Position numbers and translations under genes: made by a program | Source of the DNA: Eubacteriales bacterium | GTDB lineage: Bacteria; Bacillota; Clostridia; Oscillospirales; CAG-272 | Assembly: GCA_045652845.1 (NCBI GenBank) | Contig: JAZOLJ010000002.1 | Location: 1-47,078 of the forward strand | Direction of reading: 5' to 3' | DNA: 47,078 nucleotides | Part shown: piece after piece, positions 22,188 to 31,556 of the stretch | How positions within the stretch are numbered: the stretch's first letter is position 1 | Layout: every line of letters starts with the position of its first letter | The notes under the pieces: generated by a model | Database searches by the model: none | What the model was told of the DNA's origin: nothing | Seen by the model: only the letters and a program-made list of their open reading frames with translations

Positions 22188-22859
22188 ATGTACGGAACAC
22201 AAGTATATGAAAAGGTATATTTTCAAGATGATTATAAACAACAATTCGATGCGCTGCGCAGCCGCTATCACGATCGCACACAACGCGCGCTCGGTAAAAG
22301 AGCTGTAGATCGTGATCCTGTATCCAATATTTCCGAATTTTACAATCTGCACGAGGATCTCGATGGGGGCGTTCGCCTTTCTACCATGGATTTTGTAGAA
22401 TATTTCAACCGTCGCTACGGCGGCAGTGATCGCGTTGGTGCTGCACGTGAGGCACTTGTCAATGCCAAAAACAAGGCAGAGAAAAGCGGTGAGCTTGCCA
22501 AAAAGCACAGAAGTGAAAGATCGCTGCGCGAAGGGCGCTCGCTTACTTGCCGCACGGCATTTGCGCGCCGTCACGTGCTGCTTGTCAATACGTTTTTTGC
22601 GTTTGTTTTGATGCTTTCGATCGCGCTTCTTTCCGCTTCGGGCGTTATACTTGCGCGCAGTGAGGCAGACGTTGCGGCACTTGAGCTGCAGCTGGCGCAG
22701 GGTGAGCAGGCTGTAGCCACAGAGCTTTTTGACGCAGGCGATGGTGCTTCAAGCGCATATCTAAGACGGGCGGCAGAAAACACGACCGAGGTTTTTGAAG
22801 CGAAGAGCAACGACGGCGGCATGGAAGAGCTGCTTGCTGCACTTGCCTATCTTTGGTAA
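22188..22859 (+). CDS. FtsL-position bitopic membrane protein with a long N-terminal extension (FtsL-like, tentative)
   Basis: AAGGAGG RBS. Single TM helix (LLVNTFFAFVLMLSIALLSASGVIL) at about residue 130, followed by a short coiled segment (EADVAALELQLAQGEQ). Sits between rsmH and the PBP gene, where ftsL normally lies. Confidence 0.55.
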   Translation: MYGTQVYEKVYFQDDYKQQFDALRSRYHDRTQRALGKRAVDRDPVSNISEFYNLHEDLDGGVRLSTMDFVEYFNRRYGGSDRVGAAREALVNAKNKAEKSGELAKKHRSERSLREGRSLTCRTAFARRHVLLVNTFFAFVLMLSIALLSASGVILARSEADVAALELQLAQGEQAVATELFDAGDGASSAYLRRAAENTTEVFEAKSNDGGMEELLAALAYLW

Positions 22860-22915
22860 TAAAAATCCCATATTGAGAATAGAATAAGGATGCGCGGCGT
22901 GCCGTCGTCATCTTT

Positions 22916-22960
22916 GGGCGGTGGGATCCGTTAGAAACGGATCCCACCGCCCCTTCTTTT
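22916..22960 (+). terminator. GC-rich 16-bp hairpin plus T-rich tail inside the dcw cluster (internal terminator or attenuator candidate)
   Basis: GGGCGGTGGGATCCGT / ACGGATCCCACCGCCC with loop tagaa, followed by CTTCTTTT. It is nested within an outer inverted repeat, TCCCATATTGAGAA / TTCTCAATATGGGA. Confidence 0.55.
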
Positions 22961-22994
22961 CTCAATATGGGATATTTTTGTAAAGGAGATCGGT

Positions 22995-25229
22995 ATGCAA
23001 AACAAGGGAGCTTCGATAAGGACCTTAAAGCGCGCCTCGGTGGTGGCGTTGCTGCTTGTGCTGGTGTTTTTGTTTTTGACGGTGCGTATTTTTCTCATTC
23101 AATTTTTTGACTTTGAGCGTTATCAAAAAAAGGTGCTCGATCAGTTAACGACCGAATCCACCGTCCGCGCGGCGCGCGGCGCGATCCTTGACAGCGCAGG
23201 GCGCGTGCTTGCCACCAATCGCACGGTGTACCGTATTTCAATCTATCCAAACGTGATCGCACGGGCAGAGGCCGGTGTTGCCGAGAAAATTGTCACGGGG
23301 CTTTCTTCCTTGGTGGCGGGGCTTACCGCAGAAAAGGTGAGGGAGCATATTTCGCACACGCGCGAGCTGATGCGCACCGTGGTGCGCGAGACCGATACCG
23401 ATACCGCGAGTGCAGTGATCGCTTTTATCGCCGCCGAAAAGCTTTACGATATGATCGCGGTGGAGGCGGTCAGTGACCGTTATTATCCGTACGAGGGTCT
23501 TGCCGCGCAGGCGCTTGGCTTTACCGGCAGTGACGGGCAGGGGCTTTACGGGCTTGAATTGCAATATAATACGGCACTGTCGGGTGTGGCAGGCTCGTAT
23601 ATCACCGCGCGCGATTCCACGGGCAATCGACTCCCCAATCAATACGAGGCGTATTTGCCTGCCACCGACGGCGCAACACTACATACCACGCTTGATGCGT
23701 ACGTGCAGGCGGTTTTGGAGGAGCAGCTGGAGGCAACCATGATCGAAAGTGCCGCCGCGAACCGCGCGTGCGGTATCGTGATGAACGTGAAAACAGGTGC
23801 TGTGCTTGCTATGGCAACGGTGCCCACCTTTGATCTTAACGCCCCCTTTGTGCTAAATTCCTACGCCGAGGCGGAGCTGGCGGCACTGGGCCTCGCGCCC
23901 GATACCGAGGAGTATCAAAAAGCAAAAAACGCTCTGCTGCTTGAAAGCTGGTCAAACAAGGCGGCAACCGAGATCTATATGCCCGGCTCTACCTTCAAGG
24001 CACTCACCTGCTCGGCGGTGCTCGAGGAGGATGCCGTAACCAACCTCGAGGAGCGATTTTTCTGCAGTGGCGCATTGGCGGTGGCAGACCGCCTGATCCA
24101 CTGTCATAAGGTCGGCGGACACGGCAGTCTTACCTTTACCGAGGGGCTGCAAAACTCCTGCAATCCCGTGATGATGACGATTGCCGCCCGTATTGGCACG
24201 ACCTGCTTTTACAATTACGTCAGCTCCTTTGGGCTGCTTGAAAAAACAGGCATTGATCTGCCGGGCGAGGGCAATTCGATCTTTCACGCGGCATCAAGCT
24301 TTACCGAGCTTGATCTTGCCACGGCATCCTTCGGGCAAAATTTTAAGGTTTCGGTGCTGCAGATGATCACCGCCATCGGGGCGGTGGCAAACGGCGGCAA
24401 GCTGCTTACCCCTTACGTGGTGGAACGCATGACCGACGCCGCAGGGAACGAGATCTTTCGCCACGAGGTGGAGGTGAAGCGGCAGGTCATCAGTGAGGAA
24501 ACGGCACGCACCGTTTCAGAGATCCTTGCAGGCGGCGTTGCGGGCGACGGCGGTGCCAAAAACGCTTACGTGGCGGGCTACCGCGTGGCGGCAAAAACGG
24601 GCACCTCCGAAAAGATCGGTGACGATCGCACCGCGCGTATCGGCTCTTGCGTTGGCTTTGCCCCCGCAGACGACCCCGAAATTGCCGTTATTATTGTGGT
24701 GGATGAGCCGACAAACGGCAGTAAATACGGCAGTGTGGTGGCGGCGCCTTACGTTGGAAACGTCTTTGAGGCAGTGCTGCCGTACCTTGGTGTGGAGCCC
24801 GTTTATACCGAGGAGGAAGAGAAAAATCTCACCGTCACCGTCCCCAACTGCACGGGGTATACCGCGGCACAGGCAGAAAAGCTTTTGGGGGAGCTTGGCA
24901 TTGCCTTTAGCTTCATTGGTGAGGGGGATACCGTTACCGCACAGCTGCCGAAGGCGGGGGAGCGTGTACTGTCCTCGGGCGCGCGTGTGACGCTGACGTT
25001 GGGGGCAGCACTACCTGAAACGGTTGCCGTGCCGCAGCTGGTGGGGCTCAGTGCCGCTGCCGCCAACCGCCTGCTGCTTGATTGCGGCTTTAATATCGCC
25101 ATTGGCGGCGCAAAGGATTATTTTAAGGTGGATAAGACCGTTTCCGCCCAGCATCCGGCTGCGGGCACACCGTTGCCGCGGGGCTCTGTGGTGAGTGTTT
25201 ATTTTCCGTTTGAGGAGAAAAGGGAATAG
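22995..25229 (+). CDS. Class B penicillin-binding protein (FtsI/SpoVD/PBP2B-like) with two C-terminal PASTA domains
   Basis: N-terminal TM helix. Transpeptidase motifs: PGSTFK, SCN (QNSCNP), KTGT (AKTGTSE). Two PASTA-like repeats: VPNCTGYTAAQAEKLL... and VPQLVGLSAAAANRLL... Confidence 0.9.
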   Translation: MQNKGASIRTLKRASVVALLLVLVFLFLTVRIFLIQFFDFERYQKKVLDQLTTESTVRAARGAILDSAGRVLATNRTVYRISIYPNVIARAEAGVAEKIVTGLSSLVAGLTAEKVREHISHTRELMRTVVRETDTDTASAVIAFIAAEKLYDMIAVEAVSDRYYPYEGLAAQALGFTGSDGQGLYGLELQYNTALSGVAGSYITARDSTGNRLPNQYEAYLPATDGATLHTTLDAYVQAVLEEQLEATMIESAAANRACGIVMNVKTGAVLAMATVPTFDLNAPFVLNSYAEAELAALGLAPDTEEYQKAKNALLLESWSNKAATEIYMPGSTFKALTCSAVLEEDAVTNLEERFFCSGALAVADRLIHCHKVGGHGSLTFTEGLQNSCNPVMMTIAARIGTTCFYNYVSSFGLLEKTGIDLPGEGNSIFHAASSFTELDLATASFGQNFKVSVLQMITAIGAVANGGKLLTPYVVERMTDAAGNEIFRHEVEVKRQVISEETARTVSEILAGGVAGDGGAKNAYVAGYRVAAKTGTSEKIGDDRTARIGSCVGFAPADDPEIAVIIVVDEPTNGSKYGSVVAAPYVGNVFEAVLPYLGVEPVYTEEEEKNLTVTVPNCTGYTAAQAEKLLGELGIAFSFIGEGDTVTAQLPKAGERVLSSGARVTLTLGAALPETVAVPQLVGLSAAAANRLLLDCGFNIAIGGAKDYFKVDKTVSAQHPAAGTPLPRGSVVSVYFPFEEKRE

Positions 25230-25240
25230 GGAGGTAGGCT

Positions 25241-26707
25241 ATGCTATTAAAGGATCTGCTGATGGCGGCGGGCTATGACGGTGCTGCTTTTGAAAACGTG
25301 GAGGTTAGCGGGATCACCGCCGATTCGCGGTGTGTGCAGCGTGGCTTCGTGTTTGTGGCGGTCAAGGGGCTTTCACACGACGGATTTTCGTATATCGGCG
25401 AGGCACTCTCGCGCGGTGCGGTGCTTGTGGTGGCGCAAAAGCGCGCTATGGGCGTGCCAACGCTTGTTGTGGATAGTGCACGCGCGGCACTGGCGCGCCT
25501 GCTTGACGCTTGGTACGGGCACCCTGCCAAAGACATGCAGCTGATCGGTATTACGGGCACCAACGGCAAGACCTCAACTGCTGCCATGCTTGTTTCGATC
25601 CTGCAGGCGGCGGGCAAGCCTTGCGGCTCGATCGGCACGGTTGCAGCCACGTGCGGTGATACGGTCTTGGTGGCAAAAAATGCCGATAAGCTTGCCAATC
25701 TCACCACGCCTGACCCTGCCGAGCTGTATCGCTTGCTTGCCGAAATGAGGGATATGGGGGCGGCGTACGTTGTGATGGAGGTCACCTCGCACGCGCTGTT
25801 TTTTGAAAAGGTGGCGCCGCTTCGCTTTGCGCGTGCGATCTTCACCAATCTCACGCCCGATCACCTTGATCTGCATGGAGATATGACAACCTATTATCTT
25901 GAAAAAAGAAAGCTTTTTTTGCAGGCGGAAAAGGGTGTGATCTCCTTGTTCGGCCCCTTTGGTCAGCAGCTGGCGGATAGCCTCAGCCTGCCCTTTTACA
26001 CGGTTGGCAGAGGCAACGTGCGAGAGGTAGTGGCAAACGGTGACGTCGGCGTTTCCTTCACGCTCTTGTGGGAGGGGGAGGAGATTGATATTTTTCTCCC
26101 CGTCCCCGGGGATTTTAGCGTAGAAAACGCTGCGCTCGCGGCACTGACTGCACTCTCGCTCGGCGTTTCCCCCGAGGTGGTAAAGGGTGCGCTTGCCGCC
26201 TTTCTCGGCGTGCGTGGCAGAATGGAGCGTGTGGGTAAAAACCCCTTTGGCATCAGCGTTTTTCTTGATTATGCTCACACGCCCGATGCGCTTGAAAAGC
26301 TGCTGCTTTCGGTGCGCCGCTTTCGAGGTGCCGCGCAGCAGATTATTTTGGTGTTTGGCTGCGGCGGTGACCGCGATCGCACCAAGCGGCGTAAAATGGG
26401 GCAGATCGCCACACGCCTCGCCGACTTTACCGTTATTACCTCCGACAATGCGCGCAGCGAGGAGCCGGATGCGATCATTGCCGATATTTTAAAGGGTATA
26501 GATAAAGAAAAACCGTATAAAATAATTGCAGATCGGCAAGAGGCGATCGCTTACGCCATTGAAATTGCACGGCGCGGCGATATTATTTTGCTTGCGGGTA
26601 AGGGGCACGAGGAATACGAGATACGGGGGCGTGAGCGCCTACCCTTTAGTGAGCGAGAGATCGTGGCGGCGTGCATGGCAAGGCGCGAGGCGGGTGAGTG
26701 GCTATGA
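25241..26707 (+). CDS. murE: UDP-N-acetylmuramoyl-L-alanyl-D-glutamate--2,6-diaminopimelate ligase MurE
   Basis: GITGTNGKTST P-loop, and DYAHTPDAL. TSDNARSEEP corresponds to the DNPR region and keeps the Arg associated with meso-DAP specificity. Position in the dcw cluster agrees. Confidence 0.9.
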   Translation: MLLKDLLMAAGYDGAAFENVEVSGITADSRCVQRGFVFVAVKGLSHDGFSYIGEALSRGAVLVVAQKRAMGVPTLVVDSARAALARLLDAWYGHPAKDMQLIGITGTNGKTSTAAMLVSILQAAGKPCGSIGTVAATCGDTVLVAKNADKLANLTTPDPAELYRLLAEMRDMGAAYVVMEVTSHALFFEKVAPLRFARAIFTNLTPDHLDLHGDMTTYYLEKRKLFLQAEKGVISLFGPFGQQLADSLSLPFYTVGRGNVREVVANGDVGVSFTLLWEGEEIDIFLPVPGDFSVENAALAALTALSLGVSPEVVKGALAAFLGVRGRMERVGKNPFGISVFLDYAHTPDALEKLLLSVRRFRGAAQQIILVFGCGGDRDRTKRRKMGQIATRLADFTVITSDNARSEEPDAIIADILKGIDKEKPYKIIADRQEAIAYAIEIARRGDIILLAGKGHEEYEIRGRERLPFSEREIVAACMARREAGEWL

Positions 26708-28104
26708 GAGTTGCGCTTGCAACACCCATGCGCTCGGTTGAACGCTTGGCGGCTGTGCTTGGTATCAAGGCAATCAAGCACGGCACGCCGTGCCCGCAGC
26801 TTGTCGGCATTGCCACCGATTCGCGCGAGGTTATGGCGGGGGATCTTTTTGTGGCACTGCAGGGCACACGGTGTCACGGCAACGATTTTGCCGCAGAGGC
26901 GGTGTCGCGCGGTGCTGCCGCCATCCTTTGTGAGGGGGTATTGCCGCCGCTTGCGGGTAGCTATTGGTTGCTGCAGGTCGGCAGCGCTACGGCGGCGCTT
27001 CTTACCTTGGCAGGGGCGCGGCGCGCTCTCACGAAGGCAAGTGTGATCGCAATCAGCGGCAGCACGGGCAAGACCACCGCCAAGGAGATCGTTGCCGCCG
27101 TGCTTGGCGCGTGCGGCAGGGTAGAAAAGAGCGGCGGAAATTTTAACAGCAGTATTGGCATGCCTCTGTCGCTGCTCTCCATGGAGGAGGCTGCGTATTT
27201 CGTGTTGGAGCTTGGCATCAATCACGCGGGTGAAATGGAGCCGATGGCAAGGGCACTTTCTCCCCATCTTGCCATTTTAACAAACGTGGGGTCAGCCCAT
27301 ATTGGGCATTTTGAGGACAGCCGCGCGCTGCTTGCCGAAAAAATGAAAATATGCAGTGGGCAAACGGCAGCCGACACGCTTTTGCTTGCCGACAGTATTC
27401 CCCGTGCCGCGTGGCAGGGCGTTACACCGCGCGTGCTAACGGTAGGTGTTGGTGAGAGTGCCGACGTCCGCGCGCTGCACGTGCGGCATAGTAAGGCGGG
27501 CACGGTGGCTGACGTGGCGTTTGCGTCGCGTCTGATCTCGCAGCTTTCGTGGCAGGTGCCGGGCAGCATCGGCACCTCCTGCCTTGGCTTTGGCGCGGCT
27601 GTCGGTATGCTTTACGGTGTCAATGATAAAGAGATCAAGGAAGGGCTCTCGGCAGCTGCCGCCAAGCTGCCGCGCATGCGGCAGATAAGGATTGCCGACA
27701 GAACCGTGATCGACGATACCTACAACGCCTCACCCGAGGCGATGGTTGCGGCTCTTGAAACGCTCCTTTATATCGGCGGCGCGCAACCGCGCGCCGCCGT
27801 GCTTGGCGACATGGGGGAGCTTGGTGCACATGCCGCCGCCCTGCACGATGCCGTGGGGGAATGCGCGGCACACAGCGGCATTTGTCAGCTGTTTGCGTAC
27901 GGCACGCACGCGCATCAAATCGCCCAAGGCGCGCGGCGCGGCGGCATGCGGGAGGAGAGCGTGCATGCCTTTGACTTTGGCGAGGAGGCGGCTCTTATAA
28001 GTGCAATTTTGCATCTGGTGCCGCGGGGTGGCGTTATACTGTTTAAGGCAAGCAGAAGAACTGCGCTTGAGCGCGTGATCGAAAGGCTTGGGAGGGAAAC
28101 ATGA
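26704..28104 (+). CDS. murF: UDP-N-acetylmuramoyl-tripeptide--D-alanyl-D-alanine ligase MurF
   Basis: AISGSTGKTTAKE P-loop and DDTYNASPEAM. ATG 26704 overlaps the murE stop (ATGA). GTG 26698 is an alternative start. Confidence 0.9.
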   Translation: MRVALATPMRSVERLAAVLGIKAIKHGTPCPQLVGIATDSREVMAGDLFVALQGTRCHGNDFAAEAVSRGAAAILCEGVLPPLAGSYWLLQVGSATAALLTLAGARRALTKASVIAISGSTGKTTAKEIVAAVLGACGRVEKSGGNFNSSIGMPLSLLSMEEAAYFVLELGINHAGEMEPMARALSPHLAILTNVGSAHIGHFEDSRALLAEKMKICSGQTAADTLLLADSIPRAAWQGVTPRVLTVGVGESADVRALHVRHSKAGTVADVAFASRLISQLSWQVPGSIGTSCLGFGAAVGMLYGVNDKEIKEGLSAAAAKLPRMRQIRIADRTVIDDTYNASPEAMVAALETLLYIGGAQPRAAVLGDMGELGAHAAALHDAVGECAAHSGICQLFAYGTHAHQIAQGARRGGMREESVHAFDFGEEAALISAILHLVPRGGVILFKASRRTALERVIERLGRET

Positions 28105-29096
28105 AAACCGAGGATATCCTCACCTATACCGCGTTATTTATCGCCGTGCTTTTGCTCACGGTGGTCTATGGCAATATTTTAATTCCCATATTGCGTCGCT
28201 ACCGTGCCGATCAGCCCATTCTTGAGATCGGGCCCGTGTGGCACCTCACAAAAAAGGGAACACCCACCATGGGCGGCATCTCCTTTATCATGGCACTCTT
28301 TACCGTATGTCTTGGCTTTGGGGCTTTGCTGCTGTGGCAGGGGGAGGGGGCGCGCATACTGCCCCTTATTCTCCTGGTGCTGTTTGCCGCGCTTTGCGGG
28401 GCAATCGGCTTTGTCGATGATTACTGCAAGCTCATCAAGCGCGAAAACAAGGGGCTTTCGGCGTGGCAAAAGTATTTTTTGCAGCTGCTTGCCGCCGCCC
28501 TGCTTTTGTTTCTTGCAAATGCCCTCGCGCTGACCGATACGGCAATTTATCTGCCGTTTGTTAAGGGCCGCACAGAGCTTGGCTTCTTTTATTACCCCCT
28601 GGCTCTGCTGTTTCTCACAGGCACGGTGAACGCACTCAATCTCACCGACGGGCTTGATGGGCTCTTGTCATCCACCGTGGCGGTTTTGTCGGCTTTTCTT
28701 TTCCTTTACGGAAACGTGACGGGTGAGGGGCTCTTGTCGCTTGTCGGTGTGCTGCTGCTGGGTATGTCGCTTGGATTTCTTGTCTTTAACCATCATCCCG
28801 CCAAGGTTTTCATGGGGGATACGGGCTCGCTTTTTCTTGGCGGCATGGTGGCGGGGGCTGCGCTGCTCACGGCGCGCCCGATTTCCGTGCTTGGTGCCGG
28901 CGGCATATACGTGATCGAAGCGGCAAGCGTGATATTGCAGGTGCTGTATTTTAAATGCACCGGGGGAAAGCGACTTTTTTTAATGGCGCCGCTGCACCAC
29001 CATTTTGAAAAAAAGGGGTTTTCTGAAAACACCATCGTTCTGATCTTTTCGCTGGCGGGTGCAGCCTTTGCCGCGTTGATGCTTTGGGGAGGCTGA
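28101..29096 (+). CDS. mraY: Phospho-N-acetylmuramoyl-pentapeptide transferase MraY
   Basis: NLTDGLDGL, FMGDTGSLFLGG, APLHHHFE. ATGA overlap with the murF stop. Confidence 0.95.
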   Translation: MKTEDILTYTALFIAVLLLTVVYGNILIPILRRYRADQPILEIGPVWHLTKKGTPTMGGISFIMALFTVCLGFGALLLWQGEGARILPLILLVLFAALCGAIGFVDDYCKLIKRENKGLSAWQKYFLQLLAAALLLFLANALALTDTAIYLPFVKGRTELGFFYYPLALLFLTGTVNALNLTDGLDGLLSSTVAVLSAFLFLYGNVTGEGLLSLVGVLLLGMSLGFLVFNHHPAKVFMGDTGSLFLGGMVAGAALLTARPISVLGAGGIYVIEAASVILQVLYFKCTGGKRLFLMAPLHHHFEKKGFSENTIVLIFSLAGAAFAALMLWGG

Positions 29097-29097
29097 T

Positions 29098-30294
29098 GTG
29101 ATGGGGAGAATAAAGCAATCACTGCGCGGCTTGCTTTTCGCAAACGGCAACGTCCCCGCTGCAGATACGGCGCGGCGAGGGAGCGTTGACCTTTATTTTC
29201 TTTTGCTTGTGCTCTTGATGCTGGTGTGCGGCACGCTGATGTCGTACAGTGCAAGCGCGGTTTACGGCGCGCAATTTTACGGGGATAGCCTGTATTTTTT
29301 AAAGCGTTATATTTTGTTTGCCGTGCTTTCCTTGGCGGCAACCGCCCCCTTTGTGCTGTTTGCTACGCCCACCTTTTGGCGCGGCTTTGGTGTGGCACTT
29401 TACACGGGCGCGCTTGCCCTGCTTATTCTCGTTTTGCTCATTGGCACGGTGGGTGGCGGCGCACAGCGCTGGTTGGTGTTAGGGCCCTTAACGATCCAGC
29501 CCTCGGAGGTGGCAAAGCCCGCACTTGTTCTGGTTTTGTCGCTTGTCATGACAAAGCATGAGGATAAGATCACCGACAAAAGACCGCGTAGCGGCAGCTT
29601 TACGTACGGCGTGCTGCTGCCGGGGGGGCTTATTGCCGCCGTTTGTCTGCTGGTGGCGGCAGAGAAGCATATTTCGGGTCTTTTGATCATCGGCATGCTT
29701 GGCGTGGCGGTCATGTTTCTTGGCGGCACGCGGCTGAAGTATCTTGGGATCATGGCGGCGGCGGTGGCGGCAGCAGGCGTGCTGCTGGTGCTCGTTTCCT
29801 CCTATGCACAGGTGCGTGTGGATACCTGGATACATATCGAGGAGGTCGATCCGCTGGGGGCGGCGTGGCAGACCCTGCAGGGGCTTTACGCCATCGGCTC
29901 GGGTGGGCTTTTCGGTAAGGGGATCGGTAGGGGCCTGCAAAAGCACGGCTACGTATCGCAGCCGCAAAACGATTTTATTTTTACCGTTATTTGTGAGGAG
30001 CTTGGATTTTTCGGTGCGGCATTTGTTATTCTGCTTTTTTTCATGCTTGTGCTGCGCGGCTTTCGGATCGCGGCGCACGCCCCCGATAAGTTTACGTCGC
30101 TCGCGGTCTTCGGTATTTCCTTAAAGCTTGCCCTGCAGGCGGCACTGAATATTGCCGTTGTGACGAACTCCATGCCAAACACGGGTGTTTCCTTGCCGTT
30201 TTTCAGCTCAGGCGGCACCTTTCTTGCCATACAGATCTTTGAAATGGGGATCGTGCTTTCAATATCGCGTTACAGTACGGGGAGAACAAAATGA
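29098..30294 (+). CDS. ftsW: SEDS-family peptidoglycan glycosyltransferase FtsW/SpoVE
   Basis: About 10 TM helices. IQPSEVAKPALVL, GSGGLFGKGIG, NDFIFTVICEELG, TGVSLPFFSSGGT. Start is GTG 29098 or ATG 29101. Confidence 0.9.
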   Translation: MMGRIKQSLRGLLFANGNVPAADTARRGSVDLYFLLLVLLMLVCGTLMSYSASAVYGAQFYGDSLYFLKRYILFAVLSLAATAPFVLFATPTFWRGFGVALYTGALALLILVLLIGTVGGGAQRWLVLGPLTIQPSEVAKPALVLVLSLVMTKHEDKITDKRPRSGSFTYGVLLPGGLIAAVCLLVAAEKHISGLLIIGMLGVAVMFLGGTRLKYLGIMAAAVAAAGVLLVLVSSYAQVRVDTWIHIEEVDPLGAAWQTLQGLYAIGSGGLFGKGIGRGLQKHGYVSQPQNDFIFTVICEELGFFGAAFVILLFFMLVLRGFRIAAHAPDKFTSLAVFGISLKLALQAALNIAVVTNSMPNTGVSLPFFSSGGTFLAIQIFEMGIVLSISRYSTGRTK

Positions 30295-31385
30295 GGGTTA
30301 TTATCACTTGCGGTGGCACGGGTGGGCATATTACCCCCGCCTTGGCGATCGCCGATATGCTGCGTGCCAATATGGGCGAGTGCAAAATACGCTTTCTTGG
30401 CACCGAGGGCGGCATGGAAAACACGCTCGTTGCAAATGCGGGATATGAGCTCCACCCCTTGCGCGTGGTAGGCTTTTCTCGAAAAAATCCGTTTTTGCTT
30501 TTGCAAAGCGCCTGCTTGATGAGAGGGGCGATCCGCATAGCAAAGCGTGAGCTTGCCGATTTTTTGCCTGATATCGTGATCGGCACGGGGAGCTATGCCT
30601 GCTACCCTGCACTTGCCGCCGCCATCTCTCTCGGCATTCCTGCCGCAGTGCACGAATCCAATGCCGTCCCGGGGCTTGCCGTGCGCATGCTTGCCAAAAG
30701 GCTTGATCGCGTTTGGCTCGGCTTTGAGGCGGCAAAAAACGCGCTTCCGCGCAGTGCGCGCACGTTGGTGGTGGGCAACCCGCAGCCAAGGGGCTTTTTT
30801 CAAACCGATTTAAGAGGGGGCGGCGTGGGAAATAGAAAAACGGTGTTATCCTTTGGAGGCAGCCTTGGCGCGCCCGCCATCAACGAGGCGATCCTGCGCT
30901 TGATGGAAAAAACAAAGCACATGGATGGCGTGTATCACGTGCACGCCACGGGCAAGCGGGAGTGGGAGCGTTTTTTGGAGGCACTTCAAAAAAGGGGACT
31001 TGCGGGCGCGCCGCATTTAGAAATATTGCCCTTTATCACCGATATGCCGCGCCGCATGAGAGAAGCTGCGGTGGTGGTATCGCGCGCGGGGGCAATGAGC
31101 ATCAGTGAGATCGCCATGGCAGGGCGCGCGGCGGTGCTGGTGCCCTCGCCAAACGTTACGGGGGATCATCAGCTGAAAAATGCCGCAGCGCTTGCACAGG
31201 AGCGCGCGGCGATACTGGTTGAGGAAAAAGAGCTTGAAGCGGGGGCACTGGAAAAGGCTGTCATTGGCTTGCTTGAGGACGGTGACAAGCGCCGTGCCAT
31301 GGAAAAGGCAGTTGCCGCCTTTTGGCATCCGCAGGCAAATCGCCTGATCTATGAGGATGTTTTAAGGCTGGTTGCGGAAAAATAG
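30291..31385 (+). CDS. murG: UDP-N-acetylglucosamine--N-acetylmuramyl-(pentapeptide) pyrophosphoryl-undecaprenol GlcNAc transferase MurG
   Basis: ITCGGTGGHITPALAIA, ...VSRAGAMSISE..., GDHQLKNA. ATGA overlap with the ftsW stop. Confidence 0.95.
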   Translation: MRVIITCGGTGGHITPALAIADMLRANMGECKIRFLGTEGGMENTLVANAGYELHPLRVVGFSRKNPFLLLQSACLMRGAIRIAKRELADFLPDIVIGTGSYACYPALAAAISLGIPAAVHESNAVPGLAVRMLAKRLDRVWLGFEAAKNALPRSARTLVVGNPQPRGFFQTDLRGGGVGNRKTVLSFGGSLGAPAINEAILRLMEKTKHMDGVYHVHATGKREWERFLEALQKRGLAGAPHLEILPFITDMPRRMREAAVVVSRAGAMSISEIAMAGRAAVLVPSPNVTGDHQLKNAAALAQERAAILVEEKELEAGALEKAVIGLLEDGDKRRAMEKAVAAFWHPQANRLIYEDVLRLVAEK

Positions 31386-31458
31386 TGAGAAATTTGAGAA
31401 GACTGCACCGTTTGTCAGCACATGTCGTTTCTTTTTTAAAAATTATTACAAAAACATC

Positions 31459-31487
31459 TTGCAAAACGGTGCAAAATATATTAAAAT
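31459..31487 (+). promoter_or_regulatory. Sigma-A-type promoter for ftsZ
   Basis: TTGCAA (31459-31464), 17-nt spacer, TAAAAT (31482-31487), about 70 nt upstream of ATG 31557. Confidence 0.6.
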
Positions 31488-31556
31488 ATATAGTGAATGA
31501 TTATGATGTGAAAAATGCGTGCTTGCACGCGGTCAGAAATAACGGAGGATACATAT

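Noticed and set aside
22888-22932. 14-codon mini-ORF (MRGVPSSSLGGGIR) inside the dcw intergenic inverted repeat
   Set aside because: There is no properly spaced SD (AAGG abuts the ATG), and its 3' end is simply the left arm of the GC-rich hairpin. RNA structure explains it better.
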